This document shows, in pieces, positions 5,721-14,794 of a stretch of 64,000 nt of DNA (position 1 is its first letter; each line of letters opens with the position of its first letter). Where the stretch lies: IMG/VR virus record IMGVR_UViG_3300042305_002284, positions 1 through 64,000 of that record. One strand, written 5' to 3'. Below the pieces are notes generated by a model. The model was not told where the DNA came from. It saw only the letters and a list, made by a program, of their open reading frames with translations, and did not search any database. This DNA is from a virus. Made by a program: the position numbers and the translations under genes.

Positions 5721-7169
5721 ATGATAAAAGTAAAAATAAACAACAAGACATTACAAGAGGCACGAACAATACCAGTAAGCAGATATCTTGTTGAACAGTT
5801 GTCTGTGCTCTATAAAAAGGCATTCCTAAAACTTGTTGATGTATATATAGAGGACGAAATTGCCGGCGCTGATCGCGCCGGGAAAAAATTTTTCACAGAA
5901 CTCCGCAATAAAATTGAAGAAAAATACCCAGAAGCAAAAAGTGGTTCAATACCAATAGATAAAAACTTCCTATATGATTTATTGGCAAAAATGAATCGAC
6001 CAAACCGGTATGACAGGCACAAACAAATAAGTGAAATACCGATTGATACACTATTACAAATAATAAAAAACGATCCCGCTGATCCACTAAAACAGTTCTT
6101 GCGCGGGAAGATGGATACACGAACAGCAATCAATAGAATAAAAAAATATTTCCAGGAACGAGATATAGATAGTTTATCTATTGGCGTAGAGTTACAGAAA
6201 ACAGCGCAAGCCAATAATCACAACCTAACAGCAGAGCCCGGAGATGAAATTGAAACATACGCCGGTCTATACTTTGCAGAGAGTGGAACAATTGCCGTAA
6301 CCTTTGAAGCAGGTTTCTTTACAGGAACGATTATAACCGACGACAGTGGCCGGAGAAACAGAATATCGCCAAGACTTAGTCCAGCAGCCGGAAAGCGCCC
6401 AGAAACGATTATAGGCTATTTGGAAGATGAGTTGCGCGAACTCTCTGTATCTGTTCGCCATGAACTTCAACACTTTTATCAAAGTTTATTTTCAAAAGTA
6501 TTTGGTGTTGCTGATTTCAGGGCAGGTCTTCCGCCAAGACAGGTTATAAAGCGCCATCTCTCCGGAGATACACGCGATCCACATTTTTCTGATCCCATTG
6601 AAATGCAAACCGATATTCAAGATGAAGTTGATAAATTTACAACTGGTCTTGATGCACTAATGAACCAATATGGCGATCAACTTGCCGATAAACCAGAACA
6701 AATAAAAAATATAAAAAAAATAATGGTAAAAATATTTACTGGTTCTACACTCAACGATGCAGAACGAGATATAGAAAAAACTTATAAACTATACAGATAT
6801 GTTCAACCAAGCGAAACATTGCGAGATATAAAGTCTGTTGATAAGAGTGGAGAACTATATAGATATGCACTCCGAGTATTGAATAACTCTGTTGCCGATA
6901 TTTTCGGGGAATGTTTGGACGTAAGCAATATTATGAAATTAGATAATAAAAATAAAATAACTGTTTTGTTATCTGAAAACTCAACCCTTGTTGAGAATAT
7001 GTCAAAAGATGAAATCCGCAAACTTGTTCGTGATGAACTTGAAAAGTTGCTGCGAGATAAAGAAACCAAAAAAGAAATTGCCGATATTACCAAGAAAATG
7101 CTGAAAAAACTATACCGTGAACTTTCATTCAATAGCACACACATTGTTGATCAACTTGATATAAGTTGA
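5721..7169 (+). CDS. hypothetical protein with HExxH zinc-peptidase-like motif
   Basis: 482 aa, VRHELQH. Confidence 0.75.
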   Translation: MIKVKINNKTLQEARTIPVSRYLVEQLSVLYKKAFLKLVDVYIEDEIAGADRAGKKFFTELRNKIEEKYPEAKSGSIPIDKNFLYDLLAKMNRPNRYDRHKQISEIPIDTLLQIIKNDPADPLKQFLRGKMDTRTAINRIKKYFQERDIDSLSIGVELQKTAQANNHNLTAEPGDEIETYAGLYFAESGTIAVTFEAGFFTGTIITDDSGRRNRISPRLSPAAGKRPETIIGYLEDELRELSVSVRHELQHFYQSLFSKVFGVADFRAGLPPRQVIKRHLSGDTRDPHFSDPIEMQTDIQDEVDKFTTGLDALMNQYGDQLADKPEQIKNIKKIMVKIFTGSTLNDAERDIEKTYKLYRYVQPSETLRDIKSVDKSGELYRYALRVLNNSVADIFGECLDVSNIMKLDNKNKITVLLSENSTLVENMSKDEIRKLVRDELEKLLRDKETKKEIADITKKMLKKLYRELSFNSTHIVDQLDIS

Positions 7170-7171
7170 TA

Positions 7172-7567
7172 TCAAGTGTGTTTTAGTTCGTTCACGTATT
7201 CTATTGGCATTACTTTAAAAGGTGTTATTGTTTCCAAGATTTCCCAAACATTTACATTTCTGCCGTTTTTTTCTAATCTCAACATTTCTTCTTTTATAAA
7301 AGAATGTGCATCTCGGAAGTCACTGATTGATATTAAGAAGTCTGAATAGTTGTTATCAAGAACATAACTTTCATATTCTTCTTCATCGTGTAAGCATATT
7401 GATTGAAATTCAAAATTTCTGCTTGAAGCATATATCTCTGCTGATTTTTTGCTTTTGAATGCTTTTGTTGGGATATTTGTATCATATCCCATAAACTCTT
7501 GTTGATCGTATATAACAAGATATATTCTTTTCAGTGTCTTTGGCTTGCGAGAAGTTAATTTTTTCAT
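7172..7567 (-). CDS. hypothetical protein
   Basis: 131 aa ORF with CTATTTA upstream on the minus strand. Confidence 0.7.
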   Translation of the reverse strand: MKKLTSRKPKTLKRIYLVIYDQQEFMGYDTNIPTKAFKSKKSAEIYASSRNFEFQSICLHDEEEYESYVLDNNYSDFLISISDFRDAHSFIKEEMLRLEKNGRNVNVWEILETITPFKVMPIEYVNELKHT

Positions 7568-7606
7568 TTCCGTGTGTTATTATAAATAGTTATAGCATAT
7601 TTATAA

Positions 7607-8107
7607 ATGAATAAACGGAGTTTTATAACAATGAGAAAAAATCGCGATCCTTATCAAATGGGAAATGCAATAGAATATAACGAAGAGCCAGAATTGGCAG
7701 ATGCTATGCATTTTGATAAAAAACAACATGCACCTGGAAATCGCGAGGGTGGCTTCCGCGCCGGAACAATAGATAACGTGGCAGAAGGTGAGGATTCAGC
7801 TAGTTCAGTTCAAAATAGTGAAAAAGAACAAATCGATGCCATGCTTGAAGATTATAAAAATAAAATAAAAACTGCTGTTTCGGCTCGTCTTCTTGGTAAG
7901 CCGACAAAACTAAAAATGTCTGGCAATAAAAAACTTATCGGTCAGATTGTAAAACTTATAAAAATGGAAACAGATTACCTGAACAGCATTATGTCTGGTC
8001 AGGGTGCTGACGCCCCGATACTCATCAAGATGAAAGCAGAAATAGATCAGGAAGCAAACATGCTTGATAGAATGCTTGGAACCACTGATTTTTGGCCTTT
8101 CAAATAG
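7607..8107 (+). CDS. hypothetical protein
   Basis: 166 aa ORF. Confidence 0.75.
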   Translation: MNKRSFITMRKNRDPYQMGNAIEYNEEPELADAMHFDKKQHAPGNREGGFRAGTIDNVAEGEDSASSVQNSEKEQIDAMLEDYKNKIKTAVSARLLGKPTKLKMSGNKKLIGQIVKLIKMETDYLNSIMSGQGADAPILIKMKAEIDQEANMLDRMLGTTDFWPFK

Positions 8108-8116
8108 GAATACAGC

Positions 8117-8407
8117 ATGAAAAACGATAATAAAATTCTAATGGAAATGATAGAACAAGAACTATCAAATACTTCTGAACAGTCAAGAGTTGAAAAACAC
8201 GATCATGAAGGCAAAATGGCCAAGGGAGAACTTCGTGATATGATAAAAAATGCTATATCCTTATATAAAAAATTAGACGACAACGACGAGCTTCCTGGCT
8301 GGATTTCTTCATATATTTCTCTTGCCACCGATTATATTCATACTGTTTCTCAATACATGGCAGAAGACGATCAGTTGGCAAACAGAGAAGAAGAGACAGA
8401 TTTTTGA
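8117..8407 (+). CDS. conserved phage hypothetical protein
   Basis: DHEGKMAK...ELPGW...A.DYI..V..Y pattern seen in large T4-like phages. Confidence 0.75.
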   Translation: MKNDNKILMEMIEQELSNTSEQSRVEKHDHEGKMAKGELRDMIKNAISLYKKLDDNDELPGWISSYISLATDYIHTVSQYMAEDDQLANREEETDF

Positions 8408-8426
8408 ACAACATTTGCATCAGGAC

Positions 8427-8455
8427 TTGACATCGGAACGATTCGCAGGTAGGTT
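8427..8455 (+). promoter_or_regulatory. sigma70-type promoter
   Basis: TTGACA-17-TAGGTT. Confidence 0.55.
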
Positions 8456-8473
8456 TGATTTGTGAGGCTATAA

Positions 8474-8746
8474 ATGAAAAAAATAATCAATTCTATCACC
8501 ATTGGCGACATCCTTGTTTACTGCCCTGTTGATATGGATTCAAAAAGGCACGACATAGCTATAATATACGATATAGAAAATATAACAATATATTCTTCTG
8601 TAAAAAGAAAAACAAAAACAAAAAAATATAAAATATTTTGGAATCGTTCTCGCATGACTGACGTGTATTCTGAGAATACTCTGATGAGAAAACTACAACA
8701 TACAATAAACTCAAAAAAATATTTATTTCTTGTAAAACATAAATGA
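8474..8746 (+). CDS. small SH3/KOW-like hypothetical protein
   Basis: IGDIL...IAII...YKIFW. Confidence 0.65.
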   Translation: MKKIINSITIGDILVYCPVDMDSKRHDIAIIYDIENITIYSSVKRKTKTKKYKIFWNRSRMTDVYSENTLMRKLQHTINSKKYLFLVKHK

Positions 8747-8979
8747 AAAGTAAAAAAGACAAACCACTCTATAAAGTTGGCGATTTATTTACAGAACTTG
8801 TAGATGGCTTGAATTTATCTCTTGGTTTAGTTACAAAAGTTGTTTATAGTAAAAATGAACAAGAATATATATATGTAGTAATGTGGAACGACATGTCGTG
8901 CGAAACTCAAATAAATGAGTTTATAATAAAATGGCGTATTGAAAATAAAATATTTGGATACTATCCTGTCGTAAAATAA
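8743..8979 (+). CDS. small SH3/KOW-like hypothetical protein
   Basis: YKVGDL...LGLVTKV...YVVMW. Confidence 0.65.
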   Translation: MKSKKDKPLYKVGDLFTELVDGLNLSLGLVTKVVYSKNEQEYIYVVMWNDMSCETQINEFIIKWRIENKIFGYYPVVK

Positions 8980-8982
8980 GGA

Positions 8983-9189
8983 ATGAAAATGAAGAAAAAA
9001 ATAGAACCTTTTAGAATGCTCGAGCTACATCTTCAATTTGAAAAACTTGAAGAAAAATGGGAAGATGTAAAAAAACAATACGAAAACGATCAATCAAACG
9101 CAGAAGAATATACTAACAAACTTATAAAACTAACGGCTGAAAAGATAAAAGTTTTATCTGAAATATACTCAATGGAAAGCGAAGCATAA
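8983..9189 (+). CDS. coiled-coil hypothetical protein
   Basis: 68 aa ORF within an operon. Confidence 0.6.
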   Translation: MKMKKKIEPFRMLELHLQFEKLEEKWEDVKKQYENDQSNAEEYTNKLIKLTAEKIKVLSEIYSMESEA

Positions 9190-9438
9190 GTGTTGGAATT
9201 CAAAAATATTTGTGTTGGAGATCTCTTGATACAAGAAGTCCCAGATCCATTAAATATAACTCAAAAAATAAACCGTAGAGGTATAATAATAGAAGTTTCA
9301 AATAATATTTCTACCATAGAATGGATGCCTGACGGAGAAAGTTATTTGCAGCAATATAAAAAAACTTCTATTTTAAATCTATCTTTGCGAAAAATGATAA
9401 TGGACGGCTATATAAAACATTACAGCGTCAGCAAGTAA
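9190..9438 (+). CDS. small SH3/KOW-like hypothetical protein
   Basis: VGDLLI...RGIIIEV...IEW. Confidence 0.6.
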   Translation: MLEFKNICVGDLLIQEVPDPLNITQKINRRGIIIEVSNNISTIEWMPDGESYLQQYKKTSILNLSLRKMIMDGYIKHYSVSK

Positions 9439-9490
9439 GCGTTTGCTCTCCGCGTCGCCGCGTGCTACTGTTGGCTTTCTCGGAGGTCAA

Positions 9491-10417
9491 ATGTCACTCT
9501 CGGTCTGCTGCCAGTGGCTTGAACCGCGCACAAAGCGCGATGGAACTATTGTATACGAAAACTCAATTGAAGAAAAGTTGCTTCAACTTGGTGCCTTCAA
9601 AAAAGGTAAATATACAGAAGAATATATCAAACAAGTTTATATAAACAATATCAACGAACTTATAAAGTTGATTCCAAAACTAAAAACAAATAATATCAAG
9701 TCTTTTCGTATGTCAAGCAATGTTTTGCCGTTGTTTGAGTTTTGTGAAAAGATTGCAAAAACACCTGAAATAACAAACCGGTTCCAAGTTCTTGGCAAGT
9801 TGTTTTTAGAAAACAATATTCGTGTTTCTTGTCATCCCGGACAGTTTGCTGTGATTAGTAGTGATAGCGATCAAGTTATCGCCAACAGTGTCAAAGAACT
9901 AAACTATCATGCTTGGATGTTTGAACAAATGGGTTTTGATAGAACTCCATATTATGCTATCAATATTCATGGCGGTAAAAGAGGAAACATTGAACGCGCT
10001 ATTGAAACCATTCTTGCTTTACCAGAAGCTACAAAAAGCCGGCTTACACTCGAGAATGATGAGAGTTCATACAGCGTATTAGAATTGCTAAAAATACACG
10101 AGAAAACAGGAACGCCAATCGTATGGGATAGTCACCACCATAGTTTCAACACCGGTGATATGAATTATGATGAAGCCTGCGAAGAAACAATGAAAACTTG
10201 GGGCAACATCAAGCCTCTTCAACATTTAAGTAATACAGAGCCTGGTCTTGAAACCGGTTCTTTTACTGAACGAAGAAAGCATAGTTATCATATTCATTAC
10301 ATACCAGAAAAACAAAAACAGGTTATGATGGAAAATATTGTAGATGTCGACATTGAAGCAAAAGGAAAAAATTTGGCAGTTATAAAAATGAAAAATGATT
10401 TTCCTGGTCTTATTTAG
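9491..10417 (+). CDS. uvsE: UV damage endonuclease (UVDE, TIM barrel)
   Basis: FRMSS, HPGQF, NIHGG, RLTLENDE, WDSHHH, H.S and IEAK.K motifs; start at ATG 9491 after GGAGG. Confidence 0.92.
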   Translation: MSLSVCCQWLEPRTKRDGTIVYENSIEEKLLQLGAFKKGKYTEEYIKQVYINNINELIKLIPKLKTNNIKSFRMSSNVLPLFEFCEKIAKTPEITNRFQVLGKLFLENNIRVSCHPGQFAVISSDSDQVIANSVKELNYHAWMFEQMGFDRTPYYAINIHGGKRGNIERAIETILALPEATKSRLTLENDESSYSVLELLKIHEKTGTPIVWDSHHHSFNTGDMNYDEACEETMKTWGNIKPLQHLSNTEPGLETGSFTERRKHSYHIHYIPEKQKQVMMENIVDVDIEAKGKNLAVIKMKNDFPGLI

Positions 10418-10422
10418 TAAAG

Positions 10423-10776
10423 GTGATGAATATGCTAAATAATCTACTTGCTTCGCTTGCTTTTACCTATGATATAAGAATATCACCAAAATATATTATG
10501 GAATCTATTATGGACGATGATGAAAAGAAAAAACAAGAAAACATTTCTTGGCAAGAATACATGCAAGAATATAACTATCAATATTCAGACTTTTTTACAG
10601 ATGAAGAAGATAGTGAGCATCCCTATTATGAAAATAGCACAGTATTTGCAAACCCATTTTGTAATAAATGCTCAGTAGAAACTTTAACTCTTATTGAAAC
10701 TACCGAACAAGAAACTTTTTTATCCAAATGTCCCAAATGTTGGACAACATATAAAACAAAAATTAACGGAGAGTGA
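10423..10776 (+). CDS. acidic protein with C-terminal zinc ribbon
   Basis: CNKC...CPKC; start uncertain. Confidence 0.55.
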   Translation: MMNMLNNLLASLAFTYDIRISPKYIMESIMDDDEKKKQENISWQEYMQEYNYQYSDFFTDEEDSEHPYYENSTVFANPFCNKCSVETLTLIETTEQETFLSKCPKCWTTYKTKINGE

Positions 10777-10777
10777 G

Positions 10778-11347
10778 ATGCTAAAAATAGGTGATTGGGT
10801 AGAAATAACTCCACAGTCTGATTTGCGTTGGGGAACGTGGACATCATCAAGAGATGTGTATGATAGTTTCCGATCAAGGATTGGTGTGATAGAAAATATT
10901 TGCGAAGACTACGAAAGAGATGGTCATTATTTATATTCTGTAAAAGTTGATTTTCCAAATGGACTAAACAATCTTCCCGCAGGGGAATATTACGAATGGT
11001 TTCGCGACTATCATCTTATTTTGTCTTCAAAATCAAGAGCAACTTTACACAGCAACATGATCCAAGTCGGCAATGAACTTCAAGAGTGGGAAGCTTTGAA
11101 GAAGAGAAAAACTGATGAAATTCTAAAAAAAGTATTCTGCCCACCAGAAGAAAATCTAAAACCTATTAGAAAAAAACAAGACGATCCAAATCAATGGGAA
11201 CTCAAAACACCTGTTGATAATGCAGATGGCAACTACGATATGTATTATGATTATTATAGTTATAGTGGAAGTTATTCAAATACTACTAATATAGATCATT
11301 ACTATTATATGGATCTGCTAGGAGACGATGACGATAAAAATACTTGA
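10778..11347 (+). CDS. hypothetical protein with N-terminal SH3-like domain
   Basis: MLKIGDWVEI...IGVIE...YSVKV. Confidence 0.65.
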   Translation: MLKIGDWVEITPQSDLRWGTWTSSRDVYDSFRSRIGVIENICEDYERDGHYLYSVKVDFPNGLNNLPAGEYYEWFRDYHLILSSKSRATLHSNMIQVGNELQEWEALKKRKTDEILKKVFCPPEENLKPIRKKQDDPNQWELKTPVDNADGNYDMYYDYYSYSGSYSNTTNIDHYYYMDLLGDDDDKNT

Positions 11348-11513
11348 TAAACCTTTTGAAGTTGGACAACTGGTTTATCTCACAACACGCGATCCACCAG
11401 AGATAGCAGTTATTGTAAAAGTAAAAAAACTTTTACGATTATATGATATACTTCTTCAAAAGGAACAGTTATATCTAAAAGATGTTCACGAAAACTATAT
11501 AAAAAAAATATAA
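11328..11513 (+). CDS. small SH3/KOW-like hypothetical protein
   Basis: FEVGQLVY...IAVIVKV...YDILL. Confidence 0.6.
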   Translation: MTIKILDKPFEVGQLVYLTTRDPPEIAVIVKVKKLLRLYDILLQKEQLYLKDVHENYIKKI

Positions 11514-11525
11514 AACAAAACACAG

Positions 11526-11560
11526 CCCCGATAAACTATTTATGTTTATCGGGGTTTTTT
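11526..11560 (+). terminator. intrinsic terminator whose loop is the TATTTA motif
   Basis: CCCCGATAAAC-TATTTAT-GTTTATCGGGG-TTTTTT. Confidence 0.8.
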
Positions 11561-11561
11561 C

Positions 11562-11993
11562 ATGTCTAAAATCGTTGTAAAGATACAAAATACAAAAACT
11601 TATCAAAGTGCGCATGTTGTTATAGTTCATGATGAAAATGTTCTTATTTTGAGAAGAAGTGAAAGCGATACTTGGATGCCTGGTCACTATGGTTTACCAG
11701 GAGGTAAAATAGAAACTGGTGAAGAGTTGCTACAAGGCGCTTGTCGCGAATGTAAAGAAGAAACAAATTTGGATATTTTTCCACAAGATTTAGTATTTTT
11801 GCCAAAATCCACCATTGATAATAATCACGCTTTCTTTTGCACTACAAAATATAACGGAAAAGTAAAGTTAGATTTTGAACACGATGATTATAAATGGATA
11901 AATCCAAAAAACCTGTCTAACTATAAAATAGTTCCAGATTTATTATCAATAGTTACAGAGGCTTGGGAGAAAATAAACAGTGTTCAAAGATAA
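11562..11993 (+). CDS. NUDIX hydrolase (MutT-like)
   Basis: Nudix box GGKIETGEELLQGACRECKEETNL. Confidence 0.92.
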   Translation: MSKIVVKIQNTKTYQSAHVVIVHDENVLILRRSESDTWMPGHYGLPGGKIETGEELLQGACRECKEETNLDIFPQDLVFLPKSTIDNNHAFFCTTKYNGKVKLDFEHDDYKWINPKNLSNYKIVPDLLSIVTEAWEKINSVQR

Positions 11994-12573
11994 ATTCATT
12001 CAATTTTTTTATAAATTTACTTGGTTTTCAATGTTTTGGTATTCTTTTACTATGTTTTTTTCAAAAAAACTAAAAAAATGCCCCATTCCAATATATAATA
12101 ATGTTGAAGAAATAACAAAAACATTAAGAAAAGGGGCTCTATACAAGTATGATATTATTGCTGGTATAAGAAGCGACTATCTTATTCATCCTTCCGTCAT
12201 TCAATGTCGTTTGGAGAATAGTGAAAAGTTTGGTGACTGTGATGATCATGCTATCTATTGGTGTGCAGCGCTAAAAAAATCAAAAATAGCAAAAAAAGTA
12301 TGGTTTTCTTTCTTCACAATGAAGGGTATCGGAGTGGATCAATCGTATTTTTCTCATGCCGTATGTGTTTTTACAGATAATGAAGATAAAATGTATTGGT
12401 GTGACTACAAAAATCCAAAAAATATTGAAAAATTTAGTGATTTTCAAAAAGAATCCGCAAATAAGTACGGAAACGAACCGGTATGCTCTGTCATGTGGGA
12501 AGTCGTTGACGTGAAAGATGATGATACACCAGTGTTTGGAAAAATAACTCGTATTTTACCGGAAAAAATATAA
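11980..12573 (+). CDS. transglutaminase-like cysteine peptidase fold protein
   Basis: GDCDDHA...HAVC...D triad; N-terminal hydrophobic stretch. Confidence 0.6.
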   Translation: MFKDKFIQFFYKFTWFSMFWYSFTMFFSKKLKKCPIPIYNNVEEITKTLRKGALYKYDIIAGIRSDYLIHPSVIQCRLENSEKFGDCDDHAIYWCAALKKSKIAKKVWFSFFTMKGIGVDQSYFSHAVCVFTDNEDKMYWCDYKNPKNIEKFSDFQKESANKYGNEPVCSVMWEVVDVKDDDTPVFGKITRILPEKI

Positions 12574-12577
12574 AAAT

Positions 12578-12802
12578 ATGCATAAAATAAAAATAATACT
12601 AAAAGAATCGGAAAAGATAAAAGGCGGAATTGGTGATAAAAGACCAGATAACGATTTTGATGCTGAACAACTAAAAAATGGTATAAAAGTTGAAATGGAA
12701 CACACAGGTGATCCAAAAATTGCTAAAGAAATCGCAAAAGATCATTTGACGGAAGATCCTAATTATTATAAAAAACTAAAAAAAATAGAAAAACATGGAT
12801 AA
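12578..12802 (+). CDS. DUF5661-like conserved viral protein
   Basis: GIKVEMEHT.D..AKEIA.DHL.EDP.YY. Confidence 0.7.
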   Translation: MHKIKIILKESEKIKGGIGDKRPDNDFDAEQLKNGIKVEMEHTGDPKIAKEIAKDHLTEDPNYYKKLKKIEKHG

Positions 12803-14021
12803 TACACCGAAAACAACAATAGACCCAACTATTCTGTCGCCAAAAAGCGATTTGTATCCAAAATTTTGGGATACGAATACGAAAAAACTAAATGATAATA
12901 TCAGAATAAAGTTGAAAGAAATAGCAGAGAATTTTGTAAAAGGTTTTGATTATCCTATAAAAATAAAAGACATTATTCTTACTGGTTCAATAGCAAACTA
13001 TAACTGGACTCGGTATTCCGATGTTGATTTACATGTATTGGTTGATTTCAGTGAAATACCAGACGAATACATGGACGCTTTTAGAGACTATTTTGATGCA
13101 AAGAAGCAAATATGGAATAAAACTCACAATATTTCTATTATTGGACACGAAGTAGAAATATATATACAAGATAGCAACGAGCCGCACTATTCTACTGGTG
13201 TCTATTCGATCACGAATGATAAATGGAATACAGAACCAGTATTTACTAAGCAAGATATTGAATACGAAGAAGTTTCTGAAAAAACTGAACATTTTGTTGA
13301 TCAAATAAATAAAGTGGCAAAACTTTTTGCTAAACAAGATTTCCAAAAAGCAAAAATCGGTGCTGATAATATTAGAAATAAAATAAAAAAATATCGTCAG
13401 GCTGGACTAGAAAAAGATGGCGAATATTCAACTGAAAATCTTGTATTCAAGATGTTGAGAAATGGTGGATATTTAGAAACTTTATCTAATCTAAAAATTC
13501 AATCAGTAGATCGTGAAATGGGAATAGAGGAAGAAATATTTGCCTTACAAAATACACTAGAAGAGGCTAAAAAAGATGCTTGTTATTATAAAGCAAAAGC
13601 AAAATATAAAGTCTGGCCAAGCGCTTATGCGAGTGGTTACCTGGTTAGGTGTAGAAAGAAAAAAGGCAAAATAAAAGAGGAAGAGTTGGAAGAAGAAATA
13701 GAACTTGATGAAGAAATAATAGAAGAACTATCTCAACTTGACGAAAAAGATACTTTCTCAAAAGAAAAAGAAAGTGGCTTGCACGGCTGGTTTTCTCGTC
13801 AAGGTGGTAAAGGAAAAAGTAAAGGCTGGGTAGATTGTAACACTTGTCGCAAAGATAAAAAAACAGGCAGAAAAACCTGTAAAACCTGTGGTCGTGGCGA
13901 CGGCGAAAAGCGAAGCAAATATCCTGCTTGTCGTCCAACACCATCAGCGTGCACAAAGGCTGGCACAAAAAGAAAAAAGAGTTCTAAACCAGTTTCTTGG
14001 AAATCTAAAAAGGAAGAATGA
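12795..14021 (+). CDS. Pol-beta superfamily nucleotidyltransferase fused to a basic Cys-rich C-terminal domain
   Basis: TGSIANYNW...SDVDLH; C-terminal WPSAYASG and YPACRP segments after an acidic linker. Confidence 0.8.
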   Translation: MDNTPKTTIDPTILSPKSDLYPKFWDTNTKKLNDNIRIKLKEIAENFVKGFDYPIKIKDIILTGSIANYNWTRYSDVDLHVLVDFSEIPDEYMDAFRDYFDAKKQIWNKTHNISIIGHEVEIYIQDSNEPHYSTGVYSITNDKWNTEPVFTKQDIEYEEVSEKTEHFVDQINKVAKLFAKQDFQKAKIGADNIRNKIKKYRQAGLEKDGEYSTENLVFKMLRNGGYLETLSNLKIQSVDREMGIEEEIFALQNTLEEAKKDACYYKAKAKYKVWPSAYASGYLVRCRKKKGKIKEEELEEEIELDEEIIEELSQLDEKDTFSKEKESGLHGWFSRQGGKGKSKGWVDCNTCRKDKKTGRKTCKTCGRGDGEKRSKYPACRPTPSACTKAGTKRKKSSKPVSWKSKKEE

Positions 14022-14022
14022 A

Positions 14023-14781
14023 ATGAAAAGTTATCTAACTGAATGGAAAAAATTCAAAAATAAAACAATACAAGAAAGCGTTGAATCAGCCGAAGTAGCA
14101 CTACAAAATTCTAAAGCAAAACTGGAGGGTGCCAAAAAACAAAAAGAAGCCGCTGAACTAGGATTGAAGTTAGCTCAACAAGAAGTTTCTGTCAATCAAG
14201 ATGTTTTAGAAAGAGAAAAACAAATAGAAATGTCTCAAACTGCGATTCCAAATACTGGACCGGCAACAACCGGTACCACCGGAACCACTGCAACAAAAAT
14301 GGAAGAAGCAAACAATATGAGTTTTGGTGGTCTTGCTGACGGATCAGTTGGAAACGTTCCATATTCAGTTCTTGACGAAGAAGAACTTACAGAAGAAGAA
14401 ATGGAAGAAGCTTCTGGCTGTCACGAAGGAATAGATGAAGCAGGAAGAAGTTGTCAATTAGAATTAGAATATGAAGAAATGGAAGAAGAAAAGCAATGCA
14501 ATGAATGTCGTGATTGCACTATGTGCGGTCTTCTTACAGAAGCAAAATATAAAGGCAGAACAGTAAAACTAAACAAACCAATGCGTGGAGATGTAAAAAA
14601 ATTCAAAGTGTTTGTGAGAGATCCAAGCACAGGGAATATAAAGAAAGTTAATTTCGGCGATAAAAAGATGAGAATCAAAAAAAGCAATCCAAAACGTCGT
14701 AAATCATTTAGAGCCAGACACAACTGTGCCAATCCGGGTCCAAAAACAAAAGCTCGGTATTGGAGTTGTCGTAAGTGGTGA
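14023..14781 (+). CDS. conserved T4-like phage protein with basic C-terminal domain
   Basis: KKVNFGD...RRKSFRARHNC...ARYWSC; start at ATG 14023. Confidence 0.75.
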   Translation: MKSYLTEWKKFKNKTIQESVESAEVALQNSKAKLEGAKKQKEAAELGLKLAQQEVSVNQDVLEREKQIEMSQTAIPNTGPATTGTTGTTATKMEEANNMSFGGLADGSVGNVPYSVLDEEELTEEEMEEASGCHEGIDEAGRSCQLELEYEEMEEEKQCNECRDCTMCGLLTEAKYKGRTVKLNKPMRGDVKKFKVFVRDPSTGNIKKVNFGDKKMRIKKSNPKRRKSFRARHNCANPGPKTKARYWSCRKW

Positions 14782-14794
14782 TTTTTGATATAAA

